From Neoechinorhynchus agilis (taxonomy: Eukaryota; Animalia; Acanthocephala): a stretch of DNA of 64,000 bases. The translations under genes and the position numbers were made by a program. Below, piece by piece: positions 51,830-64,000 of the stretch. Positions within the stretch are counted from its first letter, which is position 1. Each line of letters opens with the position of its first letter. Under the pieces are notes generated by a model. It ran no database searches, was not told where the DNA came from, and saw only the letters and a program-made list of their open reading frames with translations. The DNA lies in assembly GCA_051530055.1 (NCBI GenBank), contig CM121343.1, forward strand, positions 3,752,389 through 3,816,388, given 5' to 3'.

Positions 51830-54485
51830 GCATCCGAAACAGAGACTAGTCATCTGATTGGCTAAGATAGACGCTTTTTGGTTTACTCTGGAATTTTGTT
51901 AGCTCGCAGCTTGCAAGACAACATTCAATAGTTGACAAGATTGAATATCGTACCTTACGAAACTAGTGATAGTTTTCAAATTTTTATCCACATAAAAAAC
52001 TAGCACCCAAGAAGACGATTATTCTGAGGTACTGCGAGCTAAATGTCTTCTGAGAGAGCAAGAAGTGTAGAAGGGGTCAGACAATACATGACATGGAAAG
52101 TAGCCTAAATGGACAGCCCGACATATTGCACAATTCCTTATTTAGAGACGGATGTAGACTAGACGTTGGTGTTGCCAACGTCTGATATGAGACCGTTGAA
52201 AAAAGTTATTTGAGTTAATTTAAGAACAATCGTAAATTATTGTTGAATAAAGTCACGGAACAAGTACATATTTCGATTCAAAATTTTGTTCTAAGATGAA
52301 ATGTGAAGGGAGAACACTCTCAAAATGTGGAATAAAGCCGCGGCGGCGGAGGAATAAAGTCAAAATATTCAATTGCGATGTATTTGAACCTTATTTGCCG
52401 GACGTTTCCGTTTTTGTAACGATAATACTCAATTCTGGATCGAGATTATTTAATGATAAAACGGCATTGGAAGATTAAAGAAATTCAAGTTCACGTCGCT
52501 AAATAAAGAAAATCGTTTTTAACGGATCTCCGCAGCAATTGGCGTCGGCTGCAGCAGCAGTGGTTTGAATCTTTGAACCAAGTAGCATATATGGAGATAT
52601 GAATGAAGGCTAAATCAATCATCAAATGATCCCAAATCCACCCGACGTTTAATTCAACCGAGTGATTGAAGCAAGTGTAAATAAGAAATCCATACCAGTG
52701 AGAACTTTTAAAGTCGTGCCAGCAATCGAGACGAAGCTTTTTCTTTGCAACTAGCTTATAATATTAACATTGCCACTGGAAATCTCAAACGTAAAGAACC
52801 ATTTTTGGCTAGACGAGGGACGCTAAACATTGGACTGAATCCATGGCCGGTTATAAGATGAAATTTGAACGCTCTCCAAACATAGAGGTTTTAAATTTTA
52901 ACCCCAACTGAATCGAGTGGAGGTCATTTCGTCAAGGTTCCCAATATCATCGATAAAAAAACCATTTGAATCATTCTTATTAAAAGTATCAAATAGGCAA
53001 GAATAGGCGAACTTCCTGCGTTAAATTTCCGGTTGAGTAATACCTCATTTGGCACCGAAGACGGCTGAATGGATTCTTTGTAAGAACGAAAAGACAGATA
53101 GGCTTTAAAATTCAGATCATCATTTGCTCATCAAGGAACTATCCACGCATTGACGAAGGTGCATCAGGATGGCGAATCGTGGAGCAGTCACTGAACTGCA
53201 TAGGACAAGGAATGTCTCATTTTGCCTGAAGATATCTACGTTAGTGTTTTTTCATCCAACCTGCAAAAGATTAGAGGCCTTGAATTTGTTTGAAGCGTGC
53301 ATTCGATTCATCACTTCGCTATTGTTCTCCTTGTGGCCCATTAACCGAGCCTCATATCGTATGCATAATTCAACGTCCCATCTCAAAGCCCGATAATTGA
53401 GGCAAACTAATCACTTCAATTTGAATAGGTTCGTTTCATTAGTTAACTCTTTGAGAAGACATTATCGATGAATAATGATTATATGCGGAGAGTTTAGACT
53501 AGTTGATGTGCAATTATCCGCTCATAAAAATCATATAAATCTCCGATATTACCCTGGTGAATTGACTGGTTTAGTTGTACAGAAATGGTGAAAATTGGCA
53601 CAAAATATCGGGCTGTATGAGGAATGCAAAAACGTCGGTTGGTTTTTAGGGACTATATATGAATCCGTATACAGTAAAATTGAGATAATAAATCTACCAA
53701 ATATTGCTTTTAACTGCAATTAAGGTTACACGTGAACGCTCAAAAGAAGGAAAGATGAAGAGCGAATTCGTTTACAAATTCCCAAATCGTTGTTTTGCCA
53801 AATAGTTGGAAAATTCGCAATATTTTCTAAGGAGCGTCTCACTCAACCAATTACGTATTAGAAAATATAATCTCTTGGTTAATCCGAACTGGATTAGATT
53901 TTGCCATGATTCCGCGTTGCCTTCATCTCCCTCTGTTAGGATTTGTCTCTTGGTTTTTTGCTAAATCTGATTAGATGGAATTAGAGTGCAAACAAAATGT
54001 GGAGCGCATTCCGGTTCACATGGGTTCTTTTTTGCATCCGTGTCGTTGTTGTTGTTGTTTTGAACAGGATACTTTTGTGTGTGTGTGTGTGTGTGTGTTA
54101 TTCAAGTGCACGGGCACACTATTAGTGTACTTCTGCGCGAATGCGTTAATCCCATTTTGTTGCCTGACTAATCATTTTCAAACGCGGATCGATTTCTTTC
54201 CCTACTGCTCTCTTTTTTTTCTAGCAACTGCAAATATCCGACGGATGTATTTTCGCACGAGAACAATATACTACTTTATCTCTGAGTGGGGTCCTTTTGT
54301 TCACGAACTTGACTATTGTGTGTGGGGGGAGGGGCTAAGTTGGTTACAGAAATTAGGGAAAATTCGACAACAGTCAGCTTTCATGTAGCTCCAATCTTAG
54401 AACGATGTGTAACACGCACAAAGTTCTTGTGTGCGATGAATCGCACATTTTTTCCGATGGAAATCTCGTCCTATAGGACGATCTT

Positions 54486-57370
54486 ATGGACGCTCGAGAG
54501 GTGGCGTACTCGCTCGCGATTGATATAATCCCAGCCAACTTCCTCCTTCCTCCCGTGGTTACGCAACCCTTCATGTCTCTTCGACGCTACGCTAAAGCTT
54601 CACGGTTCCTTGATGCACATTCCCCTCTTCCGCATTCCTCTTCATTAATTCCGGAAACGCGACGTGATAACGGGGGGGGCGGGCGTTCCAATCCCCAAAA
54701 TCCTTTTTCTGACGACACAAAAGACCAGTTTATCCTCTATTTTGATACATGTCTCCAGCCAATCAACGTCCTCGTGGTACAAAGTCATTCTCGTTAATAT
54801 TAACGATATGATCAATCCACAACACTGTGTGTGTGTGCACCACTCTACTGATTCCGCCACTGCTGCTCCGTCAACACTTTAACCACATGCGTCTTTGCCG
54901 ATTGTGATAATTAAGCTCTCAATCGCTGCACTAGCTGGGCCAATGAGAATCAACGAAACCAAGAAAAATAAATCCATAACACGTTTTTCTTCTATTTACA
55001 ATAGACATGATCATCAGGCAATGTCTGTAATCGTATTGGCGGTAGTGTGACTATAGCTAATCAGGATTCATGTTCATTACTGCTGATGGTACCCCCGCCA
55101 CCACCGCCGCCGCCGCCGCCACCGCCACCACCACCACCGCTACCACCGCTACCACCACAACCACCCACATGGACCACTGCGTTGTTCACCAATACTTTCT
55201 GTACCAAACACTATTCAGGGAATTCGGTAAGCTTTGCATTCGAAAAACTCGAAAATGTTTAACAAATATTCTTTTAGAAGGACTCACGTACCGCACTTGT
55301 GGTCAAAGTGAGACTTCTTGATGACAAGGATCTCATTTTGAACACTGACGTATGTTCAAAATTCTTTATGCCAGTCTTATCCCGTCCTTGCAGATGAAAT
55401 CACTAGGCCGACACCTTCTTGATCTCGTTTGTCAAAACATCAATCTAATGGAAAGCAGCTATTTCGGGCTGGAATTTCTCGACGATGCGAACCAATTTGT
55501 AAGAATTAAATCATTCGGTTTTTCATTTTTAAAAACAATCTTGTAAAAAATTTTGGTAGCGTTGGCTAGACAATGAGAAGCCCGTAGTTAAACAAACTAG
55601 CAAGCTGGTTTTTGTATTTTCTGTCAAATTCTACGTGCCGGATCCAACGCAACTTCAGTGTGAATACACTAGGTATTATCTTTCCTTTTTATGTTTTCTA
55701 TTGTTGTTTCATTTAATTGATCGATAATAGGTACCTGTTCGCTTTGCAAATAAGACGAGATCTCACTCAGGGCGTTTTGGCTTGCGCCGAAAGCACTGCA
55801 GTCTTATTATCTTCATATATTTGCCAAGGTTAGTCTATTTTCGGATATTTATTAATGTCTAAAGCAAATTCATTAGCGGAATATGGTCCGATAAATGACG
55901 AGGAAATGAACACAAGTGAAATTAATGAAAGTCAATCAAACTCTATCTACGGAGATCGCATATTTTTTCCTCATCAAACTGAAGAGCACAAGCGCAAAAT
56001 ACAATCCTTGCATCGTAAACATGCCAATCTAAATCCCGCTGAAGCGGATTTCCGTTTATTAGACGTAGCTCGCAAGATTGATTTCTATGGCTTACGGCTG
56101 AAACCAGCTTGTGATCATGATGGAATTGCTCTTGAACTCACTGTCTCACATCAAGGCCTTACAGTGTTTCAAGGATTGACAAAGATAAACACATTTCCTT
56201 GGGCTAGAATACGCAAAATATGTTTCAAAAGAAGGAAATTTCTTGTAAAGCTTCAACCTGATAATTATGGATATTACAAAGACACTATAGAATTCTACTT
56301 TGCAAGCAAGAACGCCTGCAAGTGTTTCTGGAAATCTTGCATTGAAAATCATTCATTTTTTCGTCTGTGCGTCGCCTGTAAGCCCACGTCAATGCAAGTT
56401 CCGATCAATATTGCCAATAGTCACGATGCAGCTGGGATTGCGATGAAAACCAAGCGAATGCTTCTTACCAAAGGGTCCTCATTTAGGTAAAAATTTCTCG
56501 GATATTACGTTGGATTGTCTATTTTAAAACTGCTTCTCTGTACCTCCTAGTAGATATGTGGGGTTGACCCTTAAGGAAACAATTGAACAAGCCAAAGTAA
56601 AGTTAAATCACAATTTGGATAACGAAGCAACTTTTATCAGGTATTTCACAAAATTCGTTCGAGCGCTGGACGTTCGAGATCCATTGGTTCAGATTTGTTC
56701 TAGGGTACAGTGTGGAAAACCGCAATCGACTACAAAACGAACAATTGCAAAAAATCAATTTCCTCGTGTTTCAATGCGACAAAAAGTTGAAGACGAGTGT
56801 TATTCAAGCACTCATGGAAGTAGGACGATTGGCACTCTTAGTTCACCGGACATGAGTTCGTGCAGCGATATTGTAGCCATTGTCTCAGCTAAAGCAAATG
56901 ATTCTTTGCCCGAATTCGAGAAACGTCAGGGAAAAGCACCAATGGATCCGCATACAGAATGCAATGTACGGCAAATAAAGCCAGAGAAACAATGGAGCAT
57001 TGAAAGAAAAGAATTAACGTGCTCACCAGTCGAAGATGAACCTTCAAGGAGTTCACCAGTGCGGCATTTGTTCAATGCCCTTTTGAATTTGAGTGATTCG
57101 ACAAATTCATTAAAATCAGAATCTCAAGGGCACGTTCAAAAATCGAACCTAGATTTGTCATCATCTCCAATCTATCAGTCTAGTGGTACCTCATGTAGGT
57201 CATCACAGCACGATACAAGTTCAGGCGAATCTTACGAAGGCGGTAGCAGGAGTCGTGATTATAAAAGATCAATACCGAGACATGGTCCAAACAGACATGC
57301 TAAAACTTCACGGCTAAGGAAAAGAAGATGTGCAAGGAATCGAGACGTAATGAACCGAAACAGGTTCTGA
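54486..57370 (+). CDS. FARP/FRMD7-type FERM-domain protein with a poly-Pro N-terminus (5' end uncertain)
   Basis: VRLLDD, YFGLEF, WLDNEK, VKFYVPDP, RYLFALQI, PAEADFRLLDVARK..YG, KINTFPWARIRK..FKRRKFLVKL and FWKSCIENHSFFRL. Confidence 0.88.
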
Positions 57371-57819
57371 CTATTTTGATGTTGACAGTATGTAAGTGAT
57401 TGAATCTAAGATTGAAACCACTGTAAAAATAGCTACACTAATGCTTAATTTTTGCGTGGAATATTGAACAAAACTTTGAGCGATAAATCACTTTAGATAT
57501 GAGCTCGCTTTTTTTGTGAATGTTGTAAATTTCGTAATCGCCAAAATATTAAGTCACAGTTTGACATAGTTTCTAAAATTGTCTTTTATGAACTCTTGGC
57601 ACCATTTATATTGTTCAATTTTTTCCACCGGTATAATAGGTCCGGATGAAATTGCATTCAGGCATGCTTACGTCGATTTGCTGCTTAGAAGCAAATTCCT
57701 TTGGGTTTACACAAAAGTGCCTGAAATTTTTAAGCCACTCAAAGATACTGTGCTTTCCGTGAATTTCCTAATTTTATATAATTTAAAGCTCATGAACTTT
57801 TATACTTCCAATTCAGATG

Positions 57820-58270
57820 ATCAACGCTCCCATTCATCGGCGCTGGCCAAAATGCTGGCTGCATTGCCCCGCTGTACCGCAATGCTTATTTTCTGCGCCA
57901 AGAACGACGTCGATCTTGGCTCTCCAGTCGCTGCGTAAATTCGTTTCCCCAAGTCCTTCACGAGGGCCAGTTCCGACCCTCCCAAGGTACGTTTCCACAC
58001 CGAAGGGGACAAAATGGTAATTTCTTGTTAGCTCCCTGTATTTCGAGCATTTCCGCTCCTCCGGCGCCGTCGCCGCTCCTCCTGGACCTTTTTTCGAGTG
58101 GCTGATGTTGGAGTGCGCCAACGTGTCCACACGCGTTGCTTCCCACAACAAACATTTTCCCCCGTGCCAAGGAAAGACGGTCTTCCATCTAATCTACAAA
58201 GATTAGTGGGTTCTAGAATGTTCGGGAGGGAAAGCGTTTTTAGGATCCTACTCAGAATGGCATTGATTTC
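57820..58270 (-). mobile_element. CRE RLE 3' fragment, near-identical to 26690-27140
   Basis: The same translation products (LWEATRVDTLA...HFVPFGVET; ISIAVQRGNA) and the same RPDG-region deletion. Confidence 0.92.
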
Positions 58271-58889
58271 GACGGGAGCTGGAAGTATAAAAGTTCATGA
58301 GCCACTTGTTAAATTTATTGATACATCTAAAGATAAAAAAATCTAAAGCTTCTATCTGTATTAATCTACAGAATTTTGATCCTAAGGAAGTCGATACTTC
58401 ACCTTCTATTATCTCGAATTTTAAATCCTACCTTTCAGCTTCTACTAATATAGTTTCTTCTACAACTATCATCTTTCATCTCAGTCGAAATGAACGTTCG
58501 ATAAAAAATATACTTTCTCATTGGACAAATGCAAATCTTCATAAAGTCAGAAAGCTAGAACAATAAAAGTGCAATCGAGTTTATCCGCGTTTTGACAATT
58601 GAAATTCCCAATCATGCGGTTTACTACACTGCATAGAAACGCAAACCTGGAAAATCAACACTTGTTTCCAATACTAAGTTGAACACCTTAGTCGTTACTC
58701 TGACCAACGACAACGTACGATCAAATCATCATGATTTCTAAACGACAAGCCCTCTATTTGTATTAACTTTCCCAGTGGCGAACTAACGTTTCAAATTCTT
58801 AACGATTTCAAAAATCTTAGATTGTGATGGTACTTAGGTTAATACTGAGAATGCTTATTCCCTCAGTAGAATATAAAATTTATGTGAGC

Positions 58890-59930
58890 TAATCTCTGTT
58901 GAAATCCTCTACAAGGCGACCGGTAAAAAGAGAGAAGTTTACAGATAAACTTTTCGATTCGAATACTAAATTAGCTCTACTTTCAAGATATATGCCTCCA
59001 AACGAATATTTCACGCTTATTTTCGCAATGCGGCAGCTATTCAGGAAATGCCACGAAAAGGAAAAGAAGCTCCATTGCGTTTTTCTGGATCTCGAAAAAG
59101 CGTTGGACACGGTACCGAGGCGATTGGTTTGGTCGTGCTTGAGGAGAAAACTGTTTCCTGAAAAGTATGTTCAAGCGATTCAGGAAATGTACGACAAAAG
59201 CGAAGTACATCCGAACGCCTGTTGGGGATACTGAGGCTTTCCAAGTAAATGTTGATTTGCACCAGGAATCTGCTCTTGGTCCGTACCTGTTTGTACTTGT
59301 ACTGGACGAGATAATTAGTAGCGTGAGCAAAGGACCCCTTGGAACATGATGTTCGCGGACGACATCGTTTTGTGCGGGACCACAACGAGGATCTCGAGAA
59401 ATAGAGTCGCTCGCAGTTTATGTGGGGCCTGATGCCGTCAGTTTGCAGGGAAGAGCCTTAAATCTTCAAGACCACTTCCTTTATTTGGGTTCCAGTCAAC
59501 TCTCGGAGCGATATGAGTTCAGAGTTAACGGCTCGAATTCAAAGCGGGTGGTCGAAATGGACGAGCCTGACCGACGTAATTTGCGACAGTCGAATCTCAT
59601 TATCGCTGAAAGGACATATTTAAAAAGTCGCGATAAGACCCGCTTTACGGGGCCGAAACCTGCAAATCAAGTGCGTCGAAACGACGGAAATGCGTAGGCT
59701 CCGCTGGATGGTAGGGGTTACAAGGCTGGAGACAAATATGTGCGAGGATCTGCTGCGAACACCAGTCAAGATTCTACGACCACATAAAAAGATAGGATCC
59801 AAACCAACTGGAACAAGTAGCTGCAAACATAGAGATATCATGAGTATGAAGGCGAGGACGACCCAAGAGGCGTTGGAAGGACTGTCTCCCTAAATCAGTG
59901 ACCGCGCGAAAATGTTGAAGCGACCCCGAA
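58890..59930 (+). mobile_element. Degenerate RTE-like non-LTR retrotransposon RT 3' half
   Basis: LHCVFLDLEKALDTVPR, LHQESALGPYLFVLVLD, MMFADDIVL and EMRRLRWMVGVTRL, with frameshifts. Confidence 0.88.
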
Positions 59931-62359
59931 TAGAGAGAAACTTAAGAAAGTGTGTGGGTGATTCGTAAATATATTGTCGGCGCGACGGATGTTACGAGTG
60001 AATCCTAACAGGTGAGATGGGCAATTTCTGAACTAATTGTTCACTTAATTAGTTACTTTTTAGACGAAATAATAATTTATCTGGCGATTCCATGGCGTCT
60101 TACTAGGTTTTCTTATTGGACCTTCAGATTGATTTTCCGCTTTCGAAATTAAAACGAAGGATATTTACTTCAACCATCGTAAGCATCACCCTTTTAACTC
60201 TTAGAGATTAAGTGACTGAATACATAAAAATGCTCACCTCGTCGCAAAATCATGAGTATGTAGTCTTTCTATCTCCATGGTGGCATGTCGCCTGCATGAA
60301 ATGTCGAATTGAAAGTCCTCGCGGGTTTATTCATCAATCATCTTTGTTTCGTATACTTTCTCGAAATACCCACAATTATTAAGCTGAAAATTTTAGAATT
60401 GCCACCGCTGCATTTTTATAAGTAATAATAAGATGATTTAATTGCAAAGAGAACCTTTGGGTTCAGAAGTGCATAGGTACTGTCAATGGAGGTTCTTCAT
60501 CCTATTTGTTCAGGTTCGTCCAATTGAGTGTATTGTCGGCACAGTGAGTTGGATGTTTCGAATCGAAAGGGGTCTTGCTCAGTCTCTAGGAAGGTGCTAA
60601 CGAATTTGGGTCTTTGCTCAGGGGGACGTCCTCTTGAATAAAAGACAAGACCTTTAGTATGCTCTTATTGTCTTCGTTTTAGCCGTTTTCAGTAGACGTT
60701 TGAACTTACCCATGTCAAATTTAATACTGAGGTTACATGTAGAGGTGTAGCCAAGAATTGTAATTCTGGTGAAATTTGTCGCCGAATTCAAATGAAAAAG
60801 CTGCTATAGATTTCCTGTAATCGGCGTTTTCCAACAACCTTGATTTCGATTTAAGAATAAATTGTGTTTTTTGAGGGTTTTTAAGTGCACAAAACTCAGT
60901 CTTATTATGTGCGTTACGATATCGAGTTTTACCAGTCTGCACTTATGATCCGACATGAATTCAGGTTCAAAATTCAGTTCAATGTCGTTTTTTGACAAAC
61001 AGAAATTTAATGTTTGGCCCGGAGCAGTTAAAATTACTTTACGAATCGAGCGTTAACCACCACAACCATACCTTCTCGATTCCAATGAGTTTTGATATTG
61101 TAACGATTGCCATCAGTGTGCCAAAAACATAACCTTTACGAATACGGGCAAAATTAAGAATAATCAATGGAAAACATTTCGAGTATTGTTGTGCGAGTAT
61201 GAGAAGTTGAGAAATGTACTTCGAGATATATAACAGAAATACTTGCAAATGCAAGATTGAAGTTACAAGGAATGGTGGGGACTTATGGGGAGTCGGAGAA
61301 GGATTTTTCAAGAAGGAGGTAACGAACGAGCAAGCGGCAACTGAAGTTTATATCTGCGATACGATCATAATTAATACCTCAGTGAAGAAATAAAGAAAGC
61401 TCCATTCCGCAAGGACACATTCGAAAGTACCAAAGTAGCAATGAAGATCATGGTGTCCGTAAACGATAGAGCCCTTTTAAATTCGGAAATCAAGACCGTA
61501 AGCAGTTGGATAGGAAAGAGATAAAATCGAAAAAACAACACTAAATCATCAGAAAGTCAAGAGCAAACTGCTATCGTTACGGAATAGCTCATACAGATTT
61601 TATCAAGTTCGAATATTGCAGGGCTGTAATGGATGCGAATAAGATAACGGATGATCCTGAAGATTACGATAGGGCACATGTCCAGGCAAAGATAAATGGA
61701 TTCCCAGTGGCAATGGGATTCGAATCACAAGAACAATTTGTAAGAAACTCGGTCTGCAAGAAGTACCAATCATTGGAGCAGTTTGTCGGAATGAAGATCA
61801 TGTGGAAGGGGTCGAAAAACGAGATACCTAAGAGTAATTGTTATCGGTAGGGTGAAGCGACCGATATTCGGGACGGTATAAACTGATTCGTAAGGATTTT
61901 CCAGCACCATTCGATGGCACCGCCGGAGCAGTCAATAGTTGGTACGCATTAGTGAATTTTGAGTTGTTGATATTATAATATACGGAAACATTGTACTGTT
62001 CATCATGACATATCTTTACCAAAGGTTGCAACATAAGGAATCCAAAGTATAATTTGTAATTCGACTACAAATACAATAAAATCTGATCATTTATTTTTCG
62101 CTATCACGGAACTTTTTATGCGCACCGAATCGCTCACTTGTGTTCCTTATGACAATCCTCGAACTTTTGGAAAATAGAAATTATCTATTGTGGGTTATTT
62201 GAAATACCCAACACTCAAATTCAGCTCAGATAGAATGTAAATCTTTGCGCAGTGATCACTTAACCATATATAGACTTTATGCGCTATCACAAGGCATACA
62301 AAGGGACTTTAGTTACCATTTTACAAAATGGATAAAATACAACGGCATTTCGTTATGAC

Positions 62360-62728
62360 TTAATTGTCATCCGGGTGTTTCTGTTTTCCTGGACCATTGC
62401 TATGAGCACTTTTTGTCTTCTTGTTTCTACTTGTCCATATCCAGTACCTTCGTCGGACGACACGATAGCACAATAAAAATAAAACTGGTAAAACAATACC
62501 AGCAGAGAAAGATGCAAGGGCAATGATTACAAGCACAATTACTGCTCGGATTTTATGGTGTTCGCGCTCTCCTGAGCATCCATGCCATTTGAGTACGTAT
62601 TCCATGTACCCACGCCGAATAATGACTACATGCTTATGTGGCTGATCGTTTAAACCAAACTCAATGTCCTTGTCATCTCCGAAAGCTTCAATACCTTCTC
62701 TGTAGTCATTTAATTCAATTGATGTCAT
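62360..62728 (-). CDS. ORF or first exon of a probable single-pass membrane protein
   Basis: ATG-started 122-aa ORF with hydrophobic AVIVLVIIALASFSAGIVLPVLFLLCY followed by basic residues. Further exons toward 60000 are possible but unresolved. Confidence 0.45.
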   Translation of the reverse strand: MTSIELNDYREGIEAFGDDKDIEFGLNDQPHKHVVIIRRGYMEYVLKWHGCSGEREHHKIRAVIVLVIIALASFSAGIVLPVLFLLCYRVVRRRYWIWTSRNKKTKSAHSNGPGKQKHPDDN

Positions 62729-64000
62729 ATGCTCATCCTTTCTTCATTTTTTCCAGGTCACTAAAATGTTATTAAAACCCATTTGAAATCGATTCACTTT
62801 CAAGCGGAATTCATAACCTATTTCATACCTTCTTTATATTGAAATTCCATTTTGGAAAGTCATTTGCAAAGACAAATTTGGTTTAATTGACCAAAAAAGG
62901 AGTTTATAACTAAGCCATATTTTGTACAAACATAAATAGTAACGACAGCCGCACCCAGTGGCCAAGTGGTGCGCGTTCAAAATGCGCTCGATTGGTCGCT
63001 GGGTTCCACGGGGGAGGGGTTACGAGGTTGCGGTTAGGGTAGGAGTCAGGTTTGAGATCGCCCATCGGCCCCAGAAAAGGGTTGGCCCTGTCCCTTCGAG
63101 TGCGACTGAGCGCCTCCGAAGTGTGTGAGTTAGCCGATAGGCTCCCTAAGGATATGTAGCCGAAAAGCTTTCTCCGCCGTAAGGCCCTGAGTGTATGCGA
63201 TTAAAGATAAATAAAACCACAGCCACTTTGCCGTGAAATGATCTGTAAAAACCTGGGTTTTAATTCTGTGAAGGCCATTATTTTTTGGCTAAATCTGAAT
63301 AGTTTTAAATAATGCATAAACTTAGCTTATTGATCAAAATTAATATTAGAGGTAATAAAATATTATTTCATAACCAGACTGAGTGCACATATTTGTGAAA
63401 ATATAATTGCATAAGTTCCCTTCAATGGCCACTTTAAACATGAGTTCAGGCGAAGTCATAATATCGTCTCAGAAAATATTTAATACTTCTAAATTATGTC
63501 TTACTAAAGAAATAAAAATTTAATTACTAATATAGATCATTGTGAGCATCAATACCAAGTTCTTTGGAATGAACTAATCAGGAGTTACTAATTTAATTAT
63601 AGCATACAGAATTTCATGTGAACTTAGAAACATTTTAAGTTTTTTCAAGCATACGTTTGCTTAATCAAAGTTGAAAATTACTCGTTTACTCGATACCCCT
63701 TTATAACAACAGCGGGTGAGAAAACGCGAGAAATTGTTCATGGTAAAGATAAAGCAAAACGAGGTGCGGATGGACGATTGCAAACGGAGCTATATGTTCG
63801 ATAGGACTGTTTGAAGATTTAATTGTTCATGTTTTTATATGGCGTAAAAATCAAAAGGATTCATTGATTCCGATTGATTTCGGCATAATCTTGTACGCGT
63901 TTATCATGGTTCTTTAAGTGTTTTATTGACATTTAAGTGCGAATAAAACACTTAAACAGCCTTGATAAACGCGTACAAGATTGTGCCGAAATCAATCGGA

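Noticed and set aside
54078-54097. (GT)n and other microsatellites ((CAA)n at 9611-9648, (CCG/CCA)n at 55094-55165)
   Set aside because: These are ordinary simple repeats; the latter two encode low-complexity protein tracts.
62950-63010. Possible tRNA-Sec or functional tRNA (TTCAAA loop)
   Set aside because: The best anticodon stem centres CAA/CAT rather than TCA, the T arm is deleted in this copy, the acceptor stem does not close, and the sequence is a repeated SINE head.

Overview
Gene-dense, repeat-rich nuclear DNA from a small-intron animal (most introns about 35-75 nt); the species cannot be determined from this window. Recognisable host genes: CCT1/TCP1, a DYRK1-class kinase, an RRM/coiled-coil protein, MND1, an alpha-arrestin, an R-SNARE, an SLC22-type transporter, a CBR1-type carbonyl reductase, NAP1, a tetraspanin and a FARP/FRMD7-type FERM protein. 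Several spliced or orphan ORFs are unassigned. The repeats are degenerate CRE-clade and RTE-like non-LTR retrotransposons, Penelope-like (GIY-YIG) fragments, two tRNA-derived SINE families, fold-back/MITE-like elements and two tandem arrays. The main result of the hunt is hammerhead-ribozyme (HHR) motifs in several non-autonomous retroelements: minimal Penelope-type HHRs in at least three sequence families, and a tRNA-headed SINE whose reconstructed consensus contains all three strands of a HHR in a non-canonical order that is none of types I, II or III. All folds were checked by eye, none computationally, and no single copy of the permuted ribozyme is intact in this window. Exon boundaries are manual and approximate.
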